Sequence record: NC_048054.1
Direction: 5' to 3' (one strand)
Length of the DNA stretch: 64,000 nt
In this document: positions 1 to 8,895 of the stretch, piece after piece
Layout: the number at the start of each line of letters is the position of its first letter
Position numbering within the stretch: the stretch's first letter is position 1
The notes under the pieces: generated by a model
What the model was told of the DNA's origin: nothing
Databases searched by the model: none
What the model saw: the letters and a program-made list of their open reading frames with translations, nothing else
Translations under genes and position numbers: made by a program

Positions 1-1455
1 CCAAAGATTAAAGAAGCGTACAGGACGGCCATGATGGGCCGTCTTGGCGTTTCCCACTTTAGTTCGGAAGTCACTCGCAAGGCATTCCGCCGCATAACTA
101 AGCTGGTGGAAGTCAAGAGCGAAATAATTGAATGGGAAGACTTGCTGGAAGACCCGAACTTGAACGAGGAGTTCAGGGATAGTCTGCGTGAAGCGGAAGA
201 GACTCCAGCAAAAACCATGAAAGGGTTTGATAAGATATACGATAGTCTGGAGAAGTACCGCCAGCGTCGTGATATCATGAATATCGGTAAGATGATTGCC
301 AAAGACTTCGGCGAAGCTGACCCGGAGGAGTTTGACGAGCATGAGTACATGCAAGGGCTGGCAGATAAGCTCGGGCAGGCTCAACGAGGCACACGAACGA
401 CTGAGAAGGTTTGGACGTTTGGTGGTAAGAAGTCGAACGCAACCAAGTTAGCGAAGCAGGTAATCACCAACCCGAAAGAAGTGATGTATAAGACCGGTTT
501 TAACTCATACGACAAGAAGAACGGCGGTTGGCCGACGACTGGCGTAGTGTTGTTAGCTGGTTCTACCTCTGGTGGTAAGTCTGTGCTGTCGATGAACATC
601 GCAGACCGAATGGCAAAGATCAATGGCATTCACTGTCTCAAGGTCACACTCGAAATGACCGCCGAGCAGGAAATGAAGCGTATGCTGTCCATGATCAGCG
701 GCATCGACTTCTGGAAGATCAAGCAGGGTAAACTCTCGAAGCGTGAGCAGAAAGAACTGCTGAAAGCTGCGAAGAAGTACGACAAGCTCATGAGCAAGGC
801 GAAAGGCCGTAACTCGTTTACCAGCCCTGAGCGCGGTATGTCGATTGATGACGTTCTGTATATGTCGATTCCATATGGCGTACACGTAACGTTCATCGAC
901 TACGTTGGTCTGCTTGAAGGTATCGACAATGACAACCAGTGGCGTGAGCTGTCTACCGTTGTGCGTAAAGCAAAAGTACACGCATCGGCGACAGGCCAGC
1001 TCGTTGTTATCCTGTGTCAGTTGGATGACCAGTCTGGTCGTATTCGTTATTCTGGCGGTATGCGTGAACACGCCGACGTTGTATGGGCGTGGAACTACTC
1101 TGACCCTGAGATCCGTGAAGGCAAAATCATTCCTGTTCAGGTAATGAAAGCGCGTGACGGTGAACTGTTCGAGATGCCACTCAAAGATCTCTTTGAGAAA
1201 ATGCGCGTCGAAGATGCAGAAGAAGGGACAGAGGTACCGAAGTCGAAAGCGATATCTGCTGACGATATGGAAGGCGGAGATTCCAAGAAGAAATTCGGAA
1301 AAGGTAATTTCAAGAAGAAAGGCGATAAGATTGAGATTAAGAAGTCTCGTCGTGGCGCTGCTGCGTTCCTCAATTCAGGTAACGATAGCGATGACGACGA
1401 TGACGACGACCTGCCGAAGAAAAAGAAAAAGCGTAAGTCTTATGACGTAGCTTAG
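1..1455 (+). CDS. dnaB: Replicative DnaB-like helicase, 5'-truncated by window edge
   Basis: Frame open from base 1 (track start 31). Walker A AGSTSGGKS, VTLEM, Walker B FIDYVGLL, ILCQL, KARDG arginine-finger region; acidic/Lys-rich C-terminal tail. Confidence 0.85.
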   Translation, partial: PKIKEAYRTAMMGRLGVSHFSSEVTRKAFRRITKLVEVKSEIIEWEDLLEDPNLNEEFRDSLREAEETPAKTMKGFDKIYDSLEKYRQRRDIMNIGKMIAKDFGEADPEEFDEHEYMQGLADKLGQAQRGTRTTEKVWTFGGKKSNATKLAKQVITNPKEVMYKTGFNSYDKKNGGWPTTGVVLLAGSTSGGKSVLSMNIADRMAKINGIHCLKVTLEMTAEQEMKRMLSMISGIDFWKIKQGKLSKREQKELLKAAKKYDKLMSKAKGRNSFTSPERGMSIDDVLYMSIPYGVHVTFIDYVGLLEGIDNDNQWRELSTVVRKAKVHASATGQLVVILCQLDDQSGRIRYSGGMREHADVVWAWNYSDPEIREGKIIPVQVMKARDGELFEMPLKDLFEKMRVEDAEEGTEVPKSKAISADDMEGGDSKKKFGKGNFKKKGDKIEIKKSRRGAAAFLNSGNDSDDDDDDDLPKKKKKRKSYDVA

Positions 1456-1463
1456 GAGTCTTC

Positions 1464-1706
1464 ATGGACAATATCGAGTGGCTAGTCTTTGATGACGAAG
1501 CCCGTAACAACATAGACAAGGATTATGTCTATCACGTTCGCACCAAGGAGGGTGCGGAACTCTCTGGCATGTACCCGAACGGTAATGGGTTCCACTGCCA
1601 GAATCCAGGTGAACCTAATCGCACTGACATGAGTGACGTTTCTCACTATGCGGTGCAGATGACGTTCGAAGATCATGCCGACAAGTACGTGTTTGGCCGT
1701 GAGTAA
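1464..1706 (+). CDS. Hypothetical protein
   Basis: 80-aa ORF with AGGAG SD, packed between neighbours. Confidence 0.6.
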   Translation: MDNIEWLVFDDEARNNIDKDYVYHVRTKEGAELSGMYPNGNGFHCQNPGEPNRTDMSDVSHYAVQMTFEDHADKYVFGRE

Positions 1707-2496
1707 CTTCGAAGGCCCATACGGACTTGTTGAGTCTGATTCAATGGTCCCACGCTGGACGTACCCTGTTAAGCATGGACAGGTGCGTCGTGTAGAAGCG
1801 TGGGAACTCGATAGATTATCAAACGCCACCGCGCCTGTGCGTATGGTGAATGATATCCATGCTATTCATAGTACCCCTGTAGAGGACCACGACGATGTAC
1901 TCGACCTCGACGAAGAAGCCGCAGCGCTCTCGAAAACTGAGTCCAGACTTCTTATCAAGCCTAGACTCAATGAAGTCCGAGCCCGTAAAAACAAAGACCA
2001 CGTTGGTCCAGAAAACGTCTTCTCCGTCGAAAGTGAAGTAATCGACGGTGCGCTTGACAGCATAGACGAACACTCGAAAACCTTCCGTGACTATTTGCTG
2101 CATCAGGTATTCAGCCCGATACTCGGGTTTGATATCGCAGCGGGTGAAGTCGAAGCAATCTCCAAAGACTGCCTCAAAACAGATCTGGAGATTGATAGTG
2201 AACTCGTGCCTTACATTGAACGTGTGGGCTTGGCTAACATCATTGGTGTGATGCTGTCTAAGTCTAATTCGGTTCCAGAGTCTGTGCGTACTGACGTGCT
2301 GAAAGACTGGCTGATCAAATCGTTCGATGATGTGCGAGCGGAGTATAAGTTGAAACACGGAACGAATACCTTACGTGATAAACTGCGCCGCTTGATGCAC
2401 GGTAACGATGACCTTGTTGCTAAAGGCGTTGGGATAGGAACAACGCGTGGTTATACTGAACACAGGAAAAAGCTGACCGAAAATGGCCAAGCCTAA
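1699..2496 (+). CDS. Hypothetical protein upstream of terminase
   Basis: Track ORF 1675-2496; in-frame GTG at 1699 overlaps previous stop; overlaps TerL start. Confidence 0.6.
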   Translation: MSNFEGPYGLVESDSMVPRWTYPVKHGQVRRVEAWELDRLSNATAPVRMVNDIHAIHSTPVEDHDDVLDLDEEAAALSKTESRLLIKPRLNEVRARKNKDHVGPENVFSVESEVIDGALDSIDEHSKTFRDYLLHQVFSPILGFDIAAGEVEAISKDCLKTDLEIDSELVPYIERVGLANIIGVMLSKSNSVPESVRTDVLKDWLIKSFDDVRAEYKLKHGTNTLRDKLRRLMHGNDDLVAKGVGIGTTRGYTEHRKKLTENGQA

Positions 2497-5311
2497 AAAG
2501 GGCCCAGCATTCACGATACGTCCGAAACGAATAGCTGCGTTTGATGCGCTGCTTGGTGACGACGTAGGCGCGACTGCCTCCTCTGACATGGACTTTTTGT
2601 CGGAGAATACTTCGAGTGCGATTAACTTTCTTGAAAAGGGTGAGGTCAACATTGTTGATCTCGTCGAGGGTGCTTTAGAGCAACGCACACTTGTGCCGCG
2701 CGATTTGAAGTTTGATGACAGTGCAATGCCTAAGGCGAAACACTTCCTTGAGTGGTGTACGAGTCCAGACTTCTTAAAAGCAGAACCGTATCTCGAACAG
2801 GCCCTTATTGGCCTTCGCTTATTCGGTGAGATCTGTGTACGCTGTAGTCCTAACTTGCAATGGATGTACACAGAGAACCACGAGCCGCAAGAAACCACAG
2901 CCGCGATTGAGAAGCACCTGCACCTGTTACACAATGGTGTGTGCCCTCATTGCGGCGCTCGTCGTTCTGAGATGATTAAAAAGGGCGAGATGAACTTCTA
3001 CAACGAACTGGCGGTGAACGCCGGACAGCGTTGTGTGATTGCATCTACGCCTGTTGTGACTTCTCGTGGTATTATGCCTATCGGTCATATGATGATTGGC
3101 CACGACAGCCCTGGATTCCACAAGCCGCAGCGTAACTTCAATGCGCATAACGGTCGTGAGATTCGGAGCGTCAGTCAAGTCTATGTGTCCGATGTTGCGC
3201 CAACCAAAGTCGTCATGCTTGCAAATGGCATGTGGATTGAAGCTACTCATGAGCACCCTGTGCGCACTGAGGAAGGCTTTAAGAAAGTGTCTAAGCTGCG
3301 TGGTGGTGAGCGTATCGAAGTCAAACTCGGTACAAACGCATGGGGCAAGATTCAACGGCCTGTCAGTATCTATGACGCTGGCCTGTCTACGCGAGAAGAA
3401 GCGCTGCGTTACATCTCCGAGAGAAGTGTGCCTCTTGGTGATAAGATGCAGTACGTTACTGACGACACAGACGCGCTTCAAATGGTGTGGTCGATTCTGA
3501 TCAACGCTGGTCATATGCCGCAAATCGTTCACGGTACGCGCATGTGGAGCTTGGTCTATGATTTGACTGAACAGCCTGAGTGCCGTTCCGTTCACGTCGA
3601 AGTGATATCCGTTGATGATGGTACGCCTCAGGTTACGTATGACTTGCAGATGGAAGGCCTGCCGCAGTTTGTTGCGTCAGGTATTCTACACCACAACAGC
3701 GGTAAGTCGGTCGTAGTAGCAATGATCTCGACCTATCTGACGCACAGGCTGCTTATGTCGCAGTCGCCTACAGGCATCTTGAGTATCGACAACACAACCG
3801 TATTGCACGGCACGTTCGTCGCGCTGACTCAGAAGCAAGCGTCCGATACACTCTGGACTCCGTACTTCAACTACATCATGGGCAGCCCCTGGTTCCAAGC
3901 CTATCATGATCTGATTCGCAAACACGAACGCCGTTACGGCATCGAGGTGATGAAGATTCGTGATACGTTCGTACTGTACGGACACAGGAACTTTGTTATC
4001 TACCCAGCAGGTCCAGATGGTCGTATTCTTCGTGGTCGAACCCGTGTGCTGGCGGTAATCGACGAAGTGGCGTACTTCGACAACGACGCCCAATCGAAGA
4101 AGATTAAAGTTAGTGCTGGTGCGGTGTACGGAGCACTTGACCGTTCACTCGCTACCGTCCGCGCTAAAGAAAAACGCCAGGTCGAAGCTGGCTATGATGA
4201 AGCGTTCACAGGTTACTTCTGCAACATCAGTAGTCCTGTACACGCCCGTGATAAGATCAACGAACTGCTTCGTATGTCAGTTGGCTCGAAGACGCTGCTT
4301 GGGATTCATGCGCCTACATGGAAGATGAACCCAGACATGCCGCGCAACTCCGAGTTCCTGTTAGAAGCATTTCGTCGTGACCCTGTAGGTGCGGCTCGTG
4401 ACTATGGAGCAGAAGCACCGTTGTCGGCTAACCCTTTCATCACACAGCCTACGTTTATCGCAGATGCTATTCGTGAGAAAGGTCGTTCGATGTGTACCTA
4501 TACCCATCACATCATTCGACACAAGGATGGCGAGCGCCAGCGTTATGGTAGTCTCGTCAAAGCGGCCACAACTACAAAAGCGTCGATACTTGCAATTGAC
4601 GCAGGCTTCTCGAACAACAGTTTTGCTCTGGTCACAGGCTCACGCGATGAAGCTGGGATTATCAGTGTCGATTGTCTGGTAGAGATCGTACCGAAGCCTG
4701 GCATACCGTTGAACTACACCCTCATATTCGATGAACTCCTAATTCCGTTGTGCAGAGCGCGTAACGTGCGCGTAATGCTCGCAGACCAGTGGCAGTCACT
4801 CAAGCTGCTGCAAGATGCGAAACTGAAAGTGGATTCGATTGAGGAGTCTGCACAGTACAGCCTGAAATATCAGGACATGTGGACTGTTAAGACGATGTTC
4901 GAATCGCAGCCGAGCCGCATCAGTCTGCCTCGCATGACTCACGCGAAAACTATTGCGGACACGTTGAAGTATGACGGTGACGAATATCCTCAGTGCTTCG
5001 AGAACAAACCAACAGAGCATTTGATTATGCAGCTCCAGACTGTGCAAGACACAGGCCGCAGCGTAATCAAGAACACAGGGGCAACCGATGACCTGTGGCG
5101 TGCTATGGCACTCATGGTCTACGGCTTCGAGTGTGGTGAGTACGACGAGTATCTGACGAAAGCTCCTGAGGTAGCTATGAATCGTGACCCTAACCGCTTG
5201 GGCCGCGTAGCGCATCGACTTAACTCAGGCACTGCTGGTAGCTCGCGTGTTGCGCTTACTGGCGGTCGTGTTCTTGGTTCTGCGCGTACTCGAATGATTG
5301 GCCGTAAATAA
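2483..5311 (+). CDS. terL: Terminase large subunit with intein
   Basis: After intein removal Walker A reads AGQR-SGKS; Walker B AVIDEVAYF; NISSP coupling motif; RNase H-like nuclease AIDAG...DDLWRA; upstream of portal. Confidence 0.88.
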   Translation: MAKPKKGPAFTIRPKRIAAFDALLGDDVGATASSDMDFLSENTSSAINFLEKGEVNIVDLVEGALEQRTLVPRDLKFDDSAMPKAKHFLEWCTSPDFLKAEPYLEQALIGLRLFGEICVRCSPNLQWMYTENHEPQETTAAIEKHLHLLHNGVCPHCGARRSEMIKKGEMNFYNELAVNAGQRCVIASTPVVTSRGIMPIGHMMIGHDSPGFHKPQRNFNAHNGREIRSVSQVYVSDVAPTKVVMLANGMWIEATHEHPVRTEEGFKKVSKLRGGERIEVKLGTNAWGKIQRPVSIYDAGLSTREEALRYISERSVPLGDKMQYVTDDTDALQMVWSILINAGHMPQIVHGTRMWSLVYDLTEQPECRSVHVEVISVDDGTPQVTYDLQMEGLPQFVASGILHHNSGKSVVVAMISTYLTHRLLMSQSPTGILSIDNTTVLHGTFVALTQKQASDTLWTPYFNYIMGSPWFQAYHDLIRKHERRYGIEVMKIRDTFVLYGHRNFVIYPAGPDGRILRGRTRVLAVIDEVAYFDNDAQSKKIKVSAGAVYGALDRSLATVRAKEKRQVEAGYDEAFTGYFCNISSPVHARDKINELLRMSVGSKTLLGIHAPTWKMNPDMPRNSEFLLEAFRRDPVGAARDYGAEAPLSANPFITQPTFIADAIREKGRSMCTYTHHIIRHKDGERQRYGSLVKAATTTKASILAIDAGFSNNSFALVTGSRDEAGIISVDCLVEIVPKPGIPLNYTLIFDELLIPLCRARNVRVMLADQWQSLKLLQDAKLKVDSIEESAQYSLKYQDMWTVKTMFESQPSRISLPRMTHAKTIADTLKYDGDEYPQCFENKPTEHLIMQLQTVQDTGRSVIKNTGATDDLWRAMALMVYGFECGEYDEYLTKAPEVAMNRDPNRLGRVAHRLNSGTAGSSRVALTGGRVLGSARTRMIGRK
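3032..3697 (+). mobile_element. Mini-intein (222 aa) in TerL Walker A
   Basis: Starts Cys (CVIASTPV), block B TxxH (EATHEHP), ends GILHHN followed by Ser+1; no intact LAGLIDADG motifs. Confidence 0.9.
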
Positions 5312-5313
5312 GC

Positions 5314-5319
5314 TAATTT
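5314..5319 (+). promoter_or_regulatory. TAATTT candidate phage promoter element
   Basis: Recurring motif; 32 nt upstream of ATG 5351, ahead of the portal operon. Confidence 0.4.
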
Positions 5320-5350
5320 AGTAGAGTCAGTTATCATAAGGAACAAGATC

Positions 5351-5566
5351 ATGAGCAAGCATTACAATCCGTTGCTGGACAATAACTCTGTAAAGTCAGA
5401 GTCAGGAGCTAAGGGCACTGTAGAGAGCACAAGCGCATTTGTTGTGGATAGTGCTAACTACTGCCCTAAATGCAGTTCCTCAACCGTGCCGACTAAACTG
5501 CTTTCTGGTGAGGACGTAATGTTCTGCACTGGTTGCCGCGTAAGTCTCGCCATTCCGTTACAGTGA
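5351..5566 (+). CDS. Small zinc-ribbon protein
   Basis: CPKC...CTGC pairs in 71 aa. Confidence 0.6.
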   Translation: MSKHYNPLLDNNSVKSESGAKGTVESTSAFVVDSANYCPKCSSSTVPTKLLSGEDVMFCTGCRVSLAIPLQ

Positions 5567-5573
5567 GGTACAG

Positions 5574-7517
5574 ATGGGTATTCAGGTCGGGCGTCGTCAA
5601 TTGGGCGCCGCACCCTCGGAGCCTGCAAAGAAGAAAACAAACAATTCTCTCGGCGCAGCCTCTTTACCGCGCGAGATAGGCAAAGCAATCCGCAGTGAGA
5701 GTTCGCGTCGTCACACTGACTTCGTATCTCAATCTGCGGGTGGCGCAGGGATGGCTGCCGGTAATATGCAAATTGGTACCGTGCCTCTTGATATCGACTT
5801 AGAGCCGATGATGGAAGGTATGGACTATGATGCTGACGACCGACAGCTATTCAACGTCTACCGCGATATGTATCACTTCGACCCAATCTGCGGCTCTTAC
5901 GTGGACTTGTTCTCAACGCTGCCATTCTCTGATGTGAGTTTCAGTGGCGCGAAAGACAGTGTGCTTGAGCCGTACTACGAAGTGAACGAACGTCTGTCAC
6001 TGACCACCAGTATGCCGAACATCACAACCGATATTCAGGTTACTGGCGCGTTTGTTGGCAGTATGATCTACAACAAAGACCGTAAGAAGTTCATCGACCT
6101 GATGACGCACCGTTACGACAACATCGACGTAACGCCACTGCCGTTTATCAGTCAGGACCCAATGTTCGAGCTGCGTATTCCTCAGTACGTGAAGTCTGCT
6201 TTCGCTAAAGAAGGTAAACGTATTGACGCGCTGAAAAAAGAACTCGGCTCTGGGTTTGTTGAGAAGTTGATGAACGATACGACGATGGAACTCGACCCCA
6301 TCGGCACAATCTACATTCCACGTAAGACGTTCAGCTTTGGCGAAGGTATCTCGGTGTTACGCCGTGTGCTGCCGATTTGGCTGATCGAAAAGAACCTGTA
6401 TCGTGGTACGCTGATTGAGTCGGGCCGTCGTCAACGCGGTATCTTACATGCCCAGCTGGGTGATGGTGATCAGTGGGAACCGTCGCAAGAAGAAATGGAC
6501 TTTATGACCGATCTTCTTCTGTCTGCGGATAGTGACCCGATTGGATCTATCATTACCACGCGTCTGGGTGTGAACATCAGCGAGTTCCGTCAAGGCGGTG
6601 ACTTCTGGAAGATTACGGATATCTGGGACCAGACTGCTCAATTCAAAATGCGAGCTATGGGTATCAGTGAAGCGTTCCTCAGCGGTGAAGCGAACTATGA
6701 CTCAGGAGCTGCTGGCCTGACGATTTTCGTTGAAGCGATGCGAGCGTTCCGTGATCATCTGACGCGTAAAGTCTACTACGAGAAAGTCTTCCCTCTTATC
6801 AGTATGATGAATGGCTTGGCCGTTCAGCGTAACGGTAAGATCATCAAGAAGAACAATCTCATGGAAGGCGGCTTGACCGAAATAATGTACAAACTGAATG
6901 ACGGTAGCAAACTGTTTATTCCGAACGTGCATTGGTCTAAGCAACTGCGTCCTGACGTTGACCAAGCGATGATGGAAAACTTACGTGCGATGACTGAGCT
7001 GGGTGTTCCGGTTCCGTTACGTGCTATCGCGGCTGCTGGTGGGTACAACTTCGACCAGATTCTTATGGATCAGGATGAAGACCTCGCTATGCGTCGTAAG
7101 CTGATGGCCTATCGCAAACGTATGTCTGAAATCGACGCTGAGTTCGCGCCGCCTGAGCCCGGTGCTGGTGGTGATGGTGACAGCTTTAGTTCTGTCAGTA
7201 GCACGTCTGCCGATCGTGACCTACAACGTCGCCGTCGTCACATCGCTGGTATCGGCCTGTCATCTGCTGTTCTCGGTGGTGAGAAGCGTAAGCTGCTTAA
7301 CCGCGACTTCGGTGAACGTTCTGAAATCTTCGAACTGTCCAAGACAGGTAAGAAGAAACACGTCTTCCGTCAGTCTGTGGCGAACAGCCGTGCGAACGAC
7401 CAGATCTGGAAAGCTGCCAAGAACTACGAAGCCAACAAAACGATGCCTCTCGATAACGGCAAGGTTTCATTCAAGCCTACACCGGGTGAGCTTCGTGCAA
7501 TGTCGAGACTCCGTTAA
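5574..7517 (+). CDS. Portal protein (T4 gp20-like, putative)
   Basis: 647 aa downstream of TerL; SVLRRVLPIWLIEKNLYRGTLIESGRRQRGILHAQLG resembles the gp20 core. Confidence 0.7.
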   Translation: MGIQVGRRQLGAAPSEPAKKKTNNSLGAASLPREIGKAIRSESSRRHTDFVSQSAGGAGMAAGNMQIGTVPLDIDLEPMMEGMDYDADDRQLFNVYRDMYHFDPICGSYVDLFSTLPFSDVSFSGAKDSVLEPYYEVNERLSLTTSMPNITTDIQVTGAFVGSMIYNKDRKKFIDLMTHRYDNIDVTPLPFISQDPMFELRIPQYVKSAFAKEGKRIDALKKELGSGFVEKLMNDTTMELDPIGTIYIPRKTFSFGEGISVLRRVLPIWLIEKNLYRGTLIESGRRQRGILHAQLGDGDQWEPSQEEMDFMTDLLLSADSDPIGSIITTRLGVNISEFRQGGDFWKITDIWDQTAQFKMRAMGISEAFLSGEANYDSGAAGLTIFVEAMRAFRDHLTRKVYYEKVFPLISMMNGLAVQRNGKIIKKNNLMEGGLTEIMYKLNDGSKLFIPNVHWSKQLRPDVDQAMMENLRAMTELGVPVPLRAIAAAGGYNFDQILMDQDEDLAMRRKLMAYRKRMSEIDAEFAPPEPGAGGDGDSFSSVSSTSADRDLQRRRRHIAGIGLSSAVLGGEKRKLLNRDFGERSEIFELSKTGKKKHVFRQSVANSRANDQIWKAAKNYEANKTMPLDNGKVSFKPTPGELRAMSRLR

Positions 7518-7852
7518 TGTACAACGTTTCAACGTGTCCAATTGACGGTACTGAGGGGGTGGTTGTTTACCGCCACCCAATCTTTACCGATTATGGCTTG
7601 GGGTTGAAGATTGATCGTAGTGGCGAAATGACTGTCGTTGAATGTAACATCGTTAATGGTGTTATCGACGGTCAGTCTAAGCTGGAAGTAATCACGGACC
7701 ACACCGCACCGTTGGATGTTCAACTGTGGTGTTTTACGTGTATGATCAATCTGAGAGAATCTGTAAATAGACAGAGCCTTTCACTAGATGCCTTATTCCC
7801 TAATAATGGGGGCATCGTTTACTACAATCAAAATCAGGAGAGTACATCGTGA
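7517..7852 (+). CDS. Hypothetical protein
   Basis: 111-aa ORF, TAATG-coupled to portal. Confidence 0.55.
   Translation: MYNVSTCPIDGTEGVVVYRHPIFTDYGLGLKIDRSGEMTVVECNIVNGVIDGQSKLEVITDHTAPLDVQLWCFTCMINLRESVNRQSLSLDALFPNNGGIVYYNQNQESTS
7757..7776 (+). promoter_or_regulatory. CTGTAAATA candidate phage promoter (20-nt exact match to 29227-29246)
   Basis: GAATCTGTAAATAGACAGAG seen twice; upstream of GTG 7849. Confidence 0.55.
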
Positions 7853-8235
7853 GTGGATTATTCCCGCATCGCGTTATCGATCAAAAAGAAGGTTTCGTGT
7901 TCATCGTTCAGCCCGCTGACGACAACGATCCTGACTCGGTAGAAGCCGCGCGTGAAGTCGAAGAAGTGCTGGCAGAAGCATGGCCGACTGCACCTTCTGA
8001 ATTGACCGTCGATGACGTGCGCGATCCAGAAGAAGCCGAACTGATTTACGCTGACGTGGCGCAACTGCTGGAAGAAGCAGAGCGCGAAGAAGCGAAACAG
8101 ATCGTGATCACCAGCGTTGTAGTTGCCGGTAACATGGCTATCGTCAACTGTATGCTGACGGGTGAAGACCTGGAAGAAGAAGACGAAGACGAAGATGATG
8201 ATTCCGTTGAAGCCGACGAAGAAGACTTCGCTTAA
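7849..8235 (+). CDS. Highly acidic small protein
   Basis: 128 aa, about 41 Asp/Glu vs 6 Lys/Arg; AGGAG SD. Confidence 0.65.
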   Translation: MSGLFPHRVIDQKEGFVFIVQPADDNDPDSVEAAREVEEVLAEAWPTAPSELTVDDVRDPEEAELIYADVAQLLEEAEREEAKQIVITSVVVAGNMAIVNCMLTGEDLEEEDEDEDDDSVEADEEDFA

Positions 8236-8244
8236 CGTCTGTCG

Positions 8245-8264
8245 TGAGGACCTTCGGGTCCTCA
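8245..8264 (+). promoter_or_regulatory. cUUCGg stem-loop covering SD and start of next ORF
   Basis: TGAGGACC-TTCG-GGTCCTCA, no U-tract; last base is A of ATG 8264. Confidence 0.5.
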
Positions 8265-8398
8265 TGAATCTTGCCGATACCAACGTAACATACGCAGCAA
8301 AGTTCCTTACTAACAAGACAGACGATGAAGCACGTAGTCTGCTTGCTGCCCTTAACAATGAGGATGTAGAATCACTCTATAACTTCTTGGTGGCATAA
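8264..8398 (+). CDS. Small hypothetical protein (44 aa)
   Basis: MNLADTNVTY...; stop coupled to next ATG. Confidence 0.45.
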   Translation: MNLADTNVTYAAKFLTNKTDDEARSLLAALNNEDVESLYNFLVA

Positions 8399-8895
8399 TG
8401 GAAACAAACTCAGTGGACGAAAGTCCTAATAACGCAAGGCATCGCATTTTCTTCAAGCAGCCGAAACGAGTACCTCCCTTCGATACAGCTTTCGTTCGTT
8501 CCTCAAACAAGGAAGGACTGAAAGTTCTCCTATCGGCTGCTCCTGAACATTGTCAGATTATTTTGTTTACGGACGGCCCCGGCGCCGCTTACGCCCTGAA
8601 ACGCCTCTTTAAGCGCAACTTCAAACTCTGTTCGCAAGCTCCACAACTTGACCTTAGGACACTTACGTTCACCGGTCAGGTCGTTCTACAGTTCGTTCGC
8701 GGTGGTGCAGTCGTCGATCCGCTTTCGCGTTACTTCTGTGCTGGTGATAGCTATCTGCATGAGCTTGCCCAGACAACGAAGATTGCCGAAGTCGATACAG
8801 ATACGATTGATATGTTCTGTTGCGGCTTAGGGTTTCATCGTGCGTTACGCGAACGCGGTCGAGGCCGTTCTCTCGTATTCGCGGAGGAACAATGA
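8398..8895 (+). CDS. Hypothetical protein
   Basis: 165-aa ORF coupled on both sides. Confidence 0.55.
   Translation: METNSVDESPNNARHRIFFKQPKRVPPFDTAFVRSSNKEGLKVLLSAAPEHCQIILFTDGPGAAYALKRLFKRNFKLCSQAPQLDLRTLTFTGQVVLQFVRGGAVVDPLSRYFCAGDSYLHELAQTTKIAEVDTDTIDMFCCGLGFHRALRERGRGRSLVFAEEQ

Noticed and set aside
1380-1440. GAC/GAT and AAG/AAA runs as DNA repeats
   Set aside because: Explained by poly-Asp and poly-Lys coding in the helicase tail
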